The notes below the pieces were generated by a model. That model was not told the DNA's origin and did not search any database. It saw only the letters and a program-made list of their open reading frames with translations. Below are positions 24,501 to 34,483 of a stretch of DNA of 64,000 nucleotides, in pieces (the stretch's first letter is position 1; the number at the start of each line of letters is the position of its first letter). A program made the translations under genes and the position numbers. Origin of the DNA: Squalus acanthias (Eukaryota); NCBI GenBank assembly GCA_030390025.1, contig CM059438.1:55492001-55556000 (forward strand), read 5' to 3'.

Positions 24501-25665
24501 TAAAAAGAAAAAGAGTAGTGAAGACAAATGTAGGTCCCTTACAGTCAGAAATGGGAGAATTTATAATGGGGAACAAGGAAATGGCTGAGCAATTAAACAA
24601 ATACTTTGGTTCTGTCTTCACGGAAGAGGACACAAATAACTTCCCAGAAATGCTAGGGAACCAAGGGTCTAGTGAGAAGGAGGAATTAAAGGAAATTAGT
24701 ATTAGTAAAAAATAGTGCTGGAGAAATTAATGGGACTGAAAACTGATAAATCCCCAGGGCCTGATAATCTGCATCCCAGAGTACTAAAAGAGGTAGCCAT
24801 GGAAATAATGGATGCATTGGTTGTCATCTTCCAAAATTCTATAGATTATAGATTGCAGATTGGAGGGTGGCAAATGTAACCCCACTATTTAAAAAAGGAG
24901 GGAGAGAGAAAACAGGGAATTACAGACCAGTTAGCCTAACATCAGTAGTAGGGAAAATGCTAGAGTCTATTATAAAGGATGTGATAACAGGACACTTAGA
25001 AAATATCAACGGGATTAGACAAAGTCAACATGGATTTATGAAAGGGAAATCGTGTTTGACAAACCTACTGGAGTTTTTTGAGGATGTAACTGGTAGAATA
25101 GAGAAGGGAGAACCAGTGGATGTGGTGTATTTGGATTTTCAGAAGGCCTTTGATAAAGTCCCACATAAGAGGTTAGTGTGCAAAATTAAAGCACATGGGA
25201 TTGGGGGTAATATACTGGCATGGATTGAAAATTGGTTAACAGACAGGAAACAGAGAGTAGGAATAAATGGGTCTTTTTCGGGGTGGCAGGCGGTGACTAG
25301 TGGGGTATCGCAGGGATCAGTGCTTGGGCCCCAGCTATTCACAATATATATCAATGATTTGGATGAGGGAACAAAATGTAATATTTCCAAGTTTGCTGAC
25401 AACATGAAACTAGGTGGGATTGTGAGTTGTGAAGAGGATTCAAAGAGGCTTCAGGGCGATTTAGACAAGTTGAGTGAGTGGGCAAATACATGGCAGATGC
25501 AGTATAACGTGGATAAATGTGGTGTTATCCACTTCGGTAGGAAAACCAGAAAGGCAGAGTATTATTTAAATGGTCATGATGCGGAGATGCCGGTGTTGGA
25601 CTGGGGTGGACAAAAATGAGAAGTCGCACAACACCAGGTTATAGTCCAACAGTTTTATTTAAAAT

Positions 25666-25700
25666 TACGAGCTTTCGGAGCTCCGCTCCTTCTTCAGGTA
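25666..25700 (-). ncRNA. Minimal type I hammerhead ribozyme (inverted PLE-B repeat)
   Basis: TAC-CTGAAGA-A-GGAGC-GGA-GCTCC-GAAA-GC-TC-GTA: intact core with palindromic AGCT at stem III. Confidence 0.7.
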
Positions 25701-26815
25701 CAGGTACAGGAACGCGATGGACACCTACGGACGCTGAAAGACGCCCTCGTAAGAACGGGATATGACGCTCGACTCGTCGATCGACAGTTCCGACGGGCCA
25801 CAGCGAAAAATCGATAGACCTCCTCAGAAGGCAAACACGGGACACAACCAACAGAGTACCCTACGTCGTCCAGTACTTCCCCGGAGCGGAGAAACTACGC
25901 CATGTTCTTCGCAGCCTTCAACATGTCATCGATGACGACGAACACCTTGCTAAGGCCATCCCCATGCCTCCACTACTCGCCTTCAAGCAGCCGCCTAACC
26001 TCAAAAGTACCATCGTTCGCAGCAAATTACCCAGGAGAACAGCGACCACGACACCACACAACCCTGCCACGGCAACCTCTGCAAGACATGCCAGATCATC
26101 AACACAGATACCATCATCACACGTGAGGACACTACCCACCAGGTACATGGTACATACTCATGTGACTCGGCCAACGTTGTCTACCTCATACGTTGCAGGA
26201 AAGAATGCACCGTGGCATGGTACATCGGCGAGACCATGCAGACACTGAGACAACGTATGAACGGACACCACGCAACAATCACCAGGCAGGAGTGTTACCT
26301 CCCAGTCGGGGAACACTTCAACAGTCAAGGACATTCAGCCTCGGATCTGCGGGTTAGCGTTCTCCAAGGCGGCCTTCGAGACACACGACAACGCAAAATC
26401 ATCGAGCAGAAACTGATAGCCAAGTTCCGCACCCATGAGGACGGCCTCAACCGGGATCTTGGGTTCATGTCACGCTACATGTAACCCCACCTGACGTAGA
26501 GTCATCCAGACTCGAGTCGTCGTTGGCTTGTTCTCTCTACACAGGTGCGGCCGGACCTGCTGTGATTTCCAGCAAAAAAGTTTTTTGTTTTCCATCCAGA
26601 CCCCAGCATCTGCCACATTTGACCCCTTGTGACCCCACCTCATTGTCTTTGATGTAATGTTTTCCTGACTGACCTGTTTGGACACCATCCACACCTTTGA
26701 TTGCCGTGATTATCTCTCTACCGAGGTGTGATAAAGGGCAGTTAGAAAGATTAACTGTAATCATCTGGCAGTGTTCTCTGACTATATATGCTGTGTCGAT
26801 ATACATCTCTTCACT

Positions 26816-26852
26816 TCACCTGATGAAGGAGCAGCGCTCCGAAAACTTGTGA
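26816..26852 (+). ncRNA. Minimal type I hammerhead ribozyme (PLE-B terminal repeat)
   Basis: TCAC-CTGATGA-A-GGAGC-AGC-GCTCC-GAAA-AC-TT-GTGA, followed by AATAAA. Predicted cleavage after 26848. Confidence 0.7.
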
Positions 26853-27318
26853 TTTCAAATAAAACTGTTGGACTATCACCTGGTGTTGTGCGACTTCTCA
26901 CATGTATTCACTAGAGTTTAGAAGAATGAGAGGGGATCTCATTGAAACGTATAAAATTCTGACAGGGCTAGACAGACCAGATGCGGGGAGGATGTTTCCC
27001 CTGGCTGGGGGGTCTAGAACCAGGGGTCACAGTCTCAGGATACTGGGTAGGACATTTAGGACTGAGATGAGGACAAATTTCTTCACTCAGAGGGTGGTGA
27101 ACCTGTGGAATTCTCTACCACAGAAGGCTGTGGAGGTCAAGTCACTGAATATATTTAAGGAGATAGATAGATTTCTAGACACAAAAGGCATCAAGGCGTA
27201 TGGGGAGAGAGCGGGAATATGGTATTGAGATAGAGGATCAGCCATGATCATATTGAATGGTGGAGCAGGCTCGAAGGGCCGAATGGCCGACTCCTGCTCC
27301 TATTTTTCTATGTTTTAT

Positions 27319-27478
27319 TACATTGCTGTTTGTGGGAGCTTGCTGTGCGCAAATTAGCTGCCGTGTTTCCCACATTACAACAGTGACTACACTTCAAAAG
27401 TACTTCATTGGTTGTAAAATGCTTTGAACGTCCGGTGGTCATGAAAGGCGCTATAGAAATGCAAGTCTTTCTTTCTTT
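27319..27478 (+). mobile_element. tRNA-derived SINE, 3' part
   Basis: Continuation of 21212-21520; tail AAAGGCGCTATAGAAATGCAAGT(CTTT)n. Confidence 0.75.
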
Positions 27479-27939
27479 ATCTCAACATCACTTCTTCTCT
27501 GTGAAGGTCGTTCTGATGATTTTCTGTTTAAGGTGCTAAATAAATAAAAGCTGTTGTTGTTCATAACACAAACACACATCAATAGTGTAGATGGTAGTAT
27601 TAATTCCTTGCAGGCAGGCACAAATTGGGTGCAAGGAACGATCCCTGTACCTGAACATGTAGGCCCGAGGCCTGATCAAAATTGGGCCTCAGGCCTTATC
27701 TGAATAACTGGGGTGAGCTGCTGGTGCCTGTGCTGCCTCCAGAGACACTCGCCCAGGTTGAGGGATCAAATTTGGGCTGCTTGCATCGCCAACAATGGCC
27801 CATGTAAGTGCCTTTTTGCTGGGAGTATCACTCCTGGTCCTCCCGGCTCCGCGAGGAATTAAAAACTCACCTGTCGGTGTTACACCAGCCACCGGGCCTC
27901 ATAGAATCATAGAAATTTATGGCACAGAAGCAGGCCACC

Positions 27940-29663
27940 CACAGCCCAGGGTAAATAACCTCTCACAGCCCAGGGTAATCTCTCACAGCCCAGGGTAATT
28001 AATCTCTCACAGCCCAGGGTAACTATCCTCTCACAGCCCAGGGTAATCTCTCACAGCCCAGGGTAACTAACCTCTCCCAGCACAAGGTAACTAACCTCTC
28101 ACAGCCCAGGGTAATCTCTCACAGCCCAGGGTAAATAACCTCTCACAGCCCAGGGTAATCTCTCACAGCCCAGGGTAATTAATCTCTCACAGCCCAGGGT
28201 AACTAACCTCTCACAGCCCAGGGTAATCTCTCACAGCCCAGGGTAACTAACCTCTCCCAGCACAAGGTAACTAACCTCTCACAGCCCAGGGTAATCTCTC
28301 ACAGCCCAGGGTAAATAACCTCTCACAGCCCAGGGTAATCTCTCACAGCCCAGGGTAAATAACCTCTCATAGCCCAGGGTAATCTCTCACAGCCCATGGT
28401 AACTAACCTCTCACAGCCCAGGGTAACTAACCTCTCACAGCCCAGGGTAACTAACCCCTCACAGCCCAGGCTAACTAACCCCTCACAGCCCAGGGTAATC
28501 TCTCACAGCACAGGGTAACTAACCCCTCACAGCCCAGGCTAACTAACCCCTCACAGCCCAGGGTAACCTGTCACAGCCCAGGGTAACTAATCTCTCAAAG
28601 CCCAGGGTAACTAACCTCTCACAGCCCAGGGTAACTAACCTCTCACAGCCCAGGGTAACTAACCTCTCACAGCCCAGGGTAACTAACCTCTCACAGCCCA
28701 GGGTAACTAATCTCTCAAAGCCCAGGGTAACCGCTCACAGCCCAGGGTAACTAACCTCTCACAGCACAGGGTAACTAACCTCTCACAGTCCAGGGTAACT
28801 AACCCCTCACAGCCCAGGGTAACCTGTCACAGCCCAGGGTAACTAATCTCTCACAGCCCAGGGTAACTAACCTCTCACAGCCCAGGGTAACTAACCTCTC
28901 ACAGCCCAGGGTAACTAACCTCTCACAGCCCAGGGTAACTAACCTATCACAGCCCAGGGTAACTAACCTCTCACAGCCCAGGGTAACTAACCTCTCACAG
29001 CCCAGGGTAACTAACCTCTCACAGCCCAGGGTAGTCTCTCACAGCCCAGGGTAACTAACCTCTCACAGCCCAGGGTAACTAACCTATCACAGCCCAGGGT
29101 AACTAACCTCTCACAGCACAGGGTAACTAACCTCTCACAGTCCAGGGTAACTAACCCCTCACAGCCCAGGGTAACCTGTCACAGCCCAGGGTAACTAACC
29201 TCTCAAAGCCCAGGGTAACTAAACTCTTACAGCCCAGGGTAACTAACCTCTCACAGCCCAGGGTAACTAACCTCTCACAGCCCAGGGTAACTAACCTCCC
29301 ACAGCCCAGGATAACTAACCTCTCACAGCCCAGGGTAACTAACCTCTCACAGCCCAGGGTAACTAACCTCTCACAGCCCAGGGTAACTAACCTCTCACAG
29401 CCCAGGGTAACTAACCTCTCACAGCCCAGGGTAACTAACCTCTCACAGCCCAGGGTAACTAACCTCTCACAGCCCAGGGTAACTAACCTCTCACAGCCCA
29501 GGGTAACTAACCTATCACAGCCCAGGGTAACTAACCTCTCACAGCCCAGGGTAACTAACCTCTCACAGCCCAGGGTAACTAACCTATCACAGTCCAGGGT
29601 AACTAACCTCTCACAGCCCAGGGTAACTAACCTATCACAGTCCAGGGTAACTAACCTCTCACA
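27940..29663. repeat. 24-bp minisatellite CACAGCCCAGGGTAACTAACCTCT with 19-bp variants
   Basis: About 1.7 kb tandem array. The left half alternates 24/19-bp units; the right half is more homogeneous. Confidence 0.97.
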
Positions 29664-30632
29664 GGTCACTGTGATGAGAAGTATGAACCCTGGTGGAACA
29701 CGCTCTCCAGTCCTGATCCAATCCAGCTGACTGAAGCTTTTACTGGGACCCTGGCTGACTCAGCACCAAACAAGGATGACACCTGGCAAAGTCTGTTACT
29801 TTTGGCCACACTGGCCGGTGAGTTCTGCCACTGGGACAGTGAGACACTAACACAATGTGCCGTGCAGTCGGTGTAGCAGGAAGGAGGGTTGAGAAGACAA
29901 ATCAGGAGATCCTGTAGATGGTGGGAATCTGAAATCAAACCTGGAGCTGCTGGAAAGTCTCAGCAGATCAGGCAGCGACTGTGGGCAGAGGAAGCTGGGC
30001 TCAGATCCGTGGCCTGTCATCAGAACATTGATTTAACAACATTTGTTTTATTTTTCCCTGTACCAACACCACAGAACTGGAGTGTGAAATCTTGGATTCA
30101 CTGGATCAACACTTTCCAAACATTGTCAAAATCCACACCACACCGACACTGGCAATAATTTGTTTAACTTTTTACATTTAGTTTCCACATTCGAAATATA
30201 CAATAAATCACAAGCCACGCTCTGAAAACATTGTCATATAGAAAACATAAGCTTTGAAAACGGAAGATTGCTACAAAGTGGCAAACAGAGCAAGTCACAA
30301 TCTGCGTGTTAGTCTGAAAACTAAAGGTTTCATTCGATAGAATCGGTATCTGTGCATTCAGAATGTTTCATATCGTTTGGAATAATTTGTACATTCCCAG
30401 CTTTTGATACACTTATAGTTTGGATTCATGTGTTTTTGGGTGACGGGAGATATTATTATAATTTGTATTCTAATATATTCCAGATCAAAAACATTGTCGG
30501 CAATTTCCCCGGCAATGTTTAGCATTTTTTGTTTTCCTCGTTCCCCTGTTTTGTGTCCAAATCAGTTCAAGTTGCCAAACCCGGCGCTATGAGGCAGCGT
30601 TTCCAGCCTCCCTCACACTGCCCGGGCCCAGT

Positions 30633-30894
30633 TCATTCAGCCTCTCCCTGATCGTCATCTTCTTGTGTCTCCGGCTTCTTGACGGAAACTGGAAAGTGGA
30701 AATCTGTGTAATCGATCGAATCGTCTCCCGATATCCCATCGATTCCGAATCCAGATATGTGGTCCTCCACAGACACGCGATCATCTCCATCCTCCGACAG
30801 GTCCGCTCCCAGAGCCGTACCCAGAGCCACTGATCCCAGCTCCTCATCCGGAGGCAACAGAGGGACCTCGGTTCCTCCAGCCGACTTCTTCAGC
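30633..30894 (-). CDS. Serglycin-like gene, coding exon 3
   Basis: Acceptor CTTTCAG|G. Encodes LKKSAGGTEVPLLPPDEELG...HISGFG..ISGDDSIDYTDFHFPVSVKKPETQEDDDQGEAE*. An AT-rich 3'UTR follows. SGSGYGSGSG is present in an alternative frame. Confidence 0.75.
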
Positions 30895-31295
30895 CTGAAA
30901 GATAGCGCCAGATGTGACTGCCCGCCGCTCTCCCCTCAACACCCCCACACTCCACAAACAGAGGTTGCAGGAACAATGATGGTGCCATGCAGTGTAAAAA
31001 TAGTGAGATCTCAACTTTTCAAATGATCAGTGTGGCGTTACTCTTGTTTGAGATGATTGTAAAATAGTGCAGCAGGATTTCAGCGACAGGACACGTCAGA
31101 GGAATAGTCTTTCATGTCGCGCTGTGGCTTAAATCCGTGAGTAGCACAAACCTCTCACGCTTTTCAGGTTGGTTCAGCCAATCGAAAAACAGCCACAATG
31201 GCAGCACATCTCAAACTTCTCCCCACATCCCAGGCTGTCCCCACATACAGGACTTACCAAACTTACACTGTATCCTGCAACTCACAGTGAGTAAC

Positions 31296-32660
31296 ACCAT
31301 CACATCTCACCCCACCCCACTCCATCACCCCCCATCCCCATCTCACCCCATCACCTCCCCACCCCACCCCATCCCATCCCATCACCTCCCCATCCCACCC
31401 CATCACATCCCATCCCATCACCTCCCCCTCCCCACCCCACCCCATCCCATCCCATCACCTCCCCATCCCACCCCATCCCATCCCATCACCTCCCCCTCCC
31501 CACCCCACCCCATCCCATCCCATCCCATCACCTCCCCATCCCACCCCATCACATCCCACCCTATCACCTCCCCCTCCCCACCCCACCCCACCCCATCTCA
31601 CCCCATCACTTCCCCACTCCACCCCATCCCATCCCATCCCATCACCTCCCCCTCCCCACCCCATCACATCCCACCCTATCACCTCCCCCTCCCCACCCCA
31701 CCACCTCCCCCACCCCATCACCTCCCCACCCCACCCCACCCCATCCCATCCCATCACCTCCCCCTCCCCACCCCACCCATCCCATCACCTCCCCCTCCCA
31801 CCCACCACCTCCCCACCCTCCCACCACCTCCCCACCCAATCCCACCCATCACCTCCCCTCCCCACCCCACTCCATCACCCCCCTCCCCTCCCCATCCCAT
31901 CCCACCACCTCCCCCTCCCCACCCCACCCCATCCCACCCCATCACCGCCCCCTCCCCACCCCACTCCATCACCCCCCCTCCCCTCCCCATCCCATCCCAT
32001 CACCTCCCCCTCCCCACCCCACTCCATCACCCCCCCTCCCCATCTCACCCCATCACCTCCCCCTCCCCACCCCACCCCATCACCTCCCCCTCCCCACCCC
32101 ACCACCTCCCCCTCCCCAATCCCACCCCATCACCTCCCCCTCCCCACCCCACTCCATCACCCCCCTCCCCTCCCCATCCCATCCCACCACCTCCCCCTCC
32201 CCAATCCCACCCCATCACCTCCCCCTCCCCACCCCACTCCATCACCCCCTCCCCTCCCCATCCCATCCCATCACCTCCCCCTCCCCACCCCACCCCATCC
32301 CACCCCATCACCTCCCCCTTCCCACCCCACTCCATCACCCCCCCTCCCCATCCCATCCCATCACCTCCCCATCCCCACCCCACCCCATCCCACCCCATCA
32401 CCTCCCCATCCCACCCATCACCTCCCCATCCCACCCCATCACATCCCACCCCATCACATCCCCATCCCACCCCATCACATCCCACCCCATCACATCCCAC
32501 CCCATCACCTCCCCATCCCACCCATCACCTCCCCATCCCACCCCATCACATCCCATCCCATCAGCTCCCCCTCCCCATCCCATCCCTCCCCATCCCACCC
32601 CACCCCATCACATCCCACCCCACTCCATCACCCCTCCCCATCACCTCCCCCTCCCATCCC
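31296..32660. repeat. C-rich low-complexity (CCCAT/CCCAC/CCCCT)n tract in intron 2
   Basis: About 1.36 kb with almost no G on the + strand. Confidence 0.95.
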
Positions 32661-32679
32661 TGCGGTTCTTGTGACTTAC

Positions 32680-32749
32680 TGGCTCGGGTCTTCAATCGCT
32701 GGCCTCCCCTCCGGTTTGGGCATATTTCGCCTTCCTGTAGTCGGGGCAC
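32680..32749 (-). CDS. Serglycin-like gene, coding exon 2 (70 nt)
   Basis: Acceptor CTTTAG|GT and donor CA|GTAAGT, phase 1 in and phase 2 out. Encodes (G)APTTGRRNMPKPEGRPAIEDPS(Q). Confidence 0.72.
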
Positions 32750-33588
32750 CTAAAGTCATTGAGAAGGAGGAGGCAAACACTTCAGTTCAGGGACAGATGA
32801 TCAGGTGCTGTACAAAACGAACTATAGCCACCTAGGAGTTAAAGTCAGCGCCCAGTTTACGGAGGCCACAAACTATTCTAGCTCTAGCCTCTAGTTTTGA
32901 GAATCGCATTACAAACTGAAGCCAAAGAAAACTGTTTATAAATTAAAGTCAAACTATTCACACTCTCAGTTCTAACCAATGACACCCAATAACGGAGCAA
33001 TATAAAGCCCCAACTGGGGAGAGACACCCAACAAGACACTCGCTGGTACAAGGAGGAATTGCCTATCATGTTGAAGTCTCTTCCCCCTCAACATATTCTG
33101 CTAAAACCTTCCTTAACTCCCCCCTCCGGACTGGTGTAGCTCGACTGTGTGTGAGCTGGTCTCCCAACCCAGAACCTTTGCTTCCCTCTTGAACACAAGT
33201 GCCCGAGTCCTGTCAGACTGCGGGAGCGGCGGGGCTTCCGTTCAGCCCGTCGCCCTGTTCTCGGAAACTCGCTCACCATTCCCGCCAATGGTGTAGTTTC
33301 CAGCCGCTCAATGTCCCTTTCACAACCGTGCTCACGTCAATTTCAGGTTCCGGTCCGGTTCCAGCCAAACCCGAATCCTCTTTAATTTTAAACATTTCAT
33401 ATTTCTCCCAAATCCAAACATCGCCCCTTGTTATCACAACTCTAAATCTCAAAGACTATTTAAAAAAAAAACGAATTTAGCAACAACAGAACTGAGGTCG
33501 AACTGGAAAAGTCATCGCTGCATCTTCCGATTCTAAATAAAACCAACATCAAAGATTCACACAAAAATAAACTCAACCCTGACCTTAC

Positions 33589-33667
33589 CCTGCACAGCAA
33601 GAGCCACCGACAGAATCAAAGACAGGGACAGCATCCATCGGCTTCCACATACTGGCCTGGCACACAT
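33589..33667 (-). CDS. Serglycin-like gene, coding exon 1 (signal peptide, 79 nt)
   Basis: MCARPVCGSRWMLSLSLILSVALAVQ(G)|GTAAGG. Resembles the serglycin signal peptide (..SR..L.L.LIL.....VQG, human sequence recalled from memory). Confidence 0.78.
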
Positions 33668-33699
33668 CGCTCGACTTGGGATTGGAGCACAGACACTAA

Positions 33700-33825
33700 C
33701 TAGTTCGTTGTTCCTGCCTCTAACTACTGCCCAGAGATATGAGAATCGGTACTCTCGGTCCCAGCAGTATAAACCAACTCAAACCCAACCTCCTGTCTGC
33801 GTCACAACCGCAGGGGAAATAACAG
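33700..33825 (-). promoter_or_regulatory. Candidate proximal promoter of the serglycin-like gene
   Basis: Clustered CRE half-site CGTCA (33800-04), RUNX motif AACCGCA (33806-12), ETS-like GGGGAAAT (33813-20) and TTCCTG (33711). Confidence 0.4.
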
Positions 33826-34483
33826 CACGCAATGGAAATAGAGAGTCAACTCTGCAGTTCTGAAGCCAGGGTTCTAGGTAATCCCCCCACTCTTTGAACT
33901 ATAAAAATAAACAATATTGCTCAAACCCCGTTGTACAGAAGCGGAGAATTGAACCAAAAAATGTTCCCCCGCTCATTTCATCCCTACAGTAGACGATTGC
34001 GACAGCTGCACGGTAAATGGTGGGCTGACACTGGGCCAGTGCCTGGATTTAACAGGAGAGGCTGCTATCGGGGTTCCGAATTATTGCTGCACCATCACCA
34101 GTCCAAATAACGGAGCTTATCTCTAAATCCTGATCAACAGTACAAGGCTGCCGACAAACTTAGAAACGGCGTGAGGTCTAGTGTTTACTATAAGGCGCAC
34201 TTAGTTTAATTCCTGTTAGATGTGAGATGGTGAGACACAGACCCCAGATCCGTCAAAACACTTTGGGGAAAAATTCTGTATCGACCATGTTGGGGGCGCT
34301 AACATCGCCTGGGTGCTAATTAGTGGCGGGGACCCGGAAATTCAGTTTTAGCTCCCAAGAGGGAGGGGTAGCGCTAATTCACTTACTTCTTAGAGCGTTA
34401 ACCGCGAATATCGGGGTGGTGCGTTCTGCAGCACGACACACTGAGCCACGTAGCGCTGCCGCATAGAAGGGCTCTTCCCCTCA

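Larger units (their letters stand above)
25575..26900 (+). mobile_element. Penelope-like element B, 5'-truncated, with inverted terminal-repeat copy
   Basis: GIY-YIG: CDSANVVYLIRC...WYIGETMQTLRQRMNGH...VGEHF...GLN. Inverted repeats at 25617-25699 and 26818-26900. Confidence 0.88.
21521..27318 (+). mobile_element. Full-length CR1 LINE (decayed), interrupted by PLE-B
   Basis: 5'UTR, ORF1 (CxxC zinc knuckle/coiled coil + esterase, 22241-23183), ORF2 (23402-27228, frameshifted) and 3'UTR/tail. Confidence 0.92.

Noticed and set aside
31137..32753. 538-aa Pro/His-rich ORF and antisense Gly/Trp ORFs
   Set aside because: Translation of a stop-free low-complexity tract inside intron 2.
33272..33350. 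Extra exon in intron 1 of the serglycin-like gene (donor ATG|GTGAGC)
   Set aside because: No good upstream acceptor was found, and exons 1 and 2 already join in phase.
30633..33667. SCPP/SPARCL1-type acidic secreted protein
   Set aside because: SCPP genes have phase-0 introns; these are phase 1 and 2, and the signal peptide and hidden SG tract fit serglycin.
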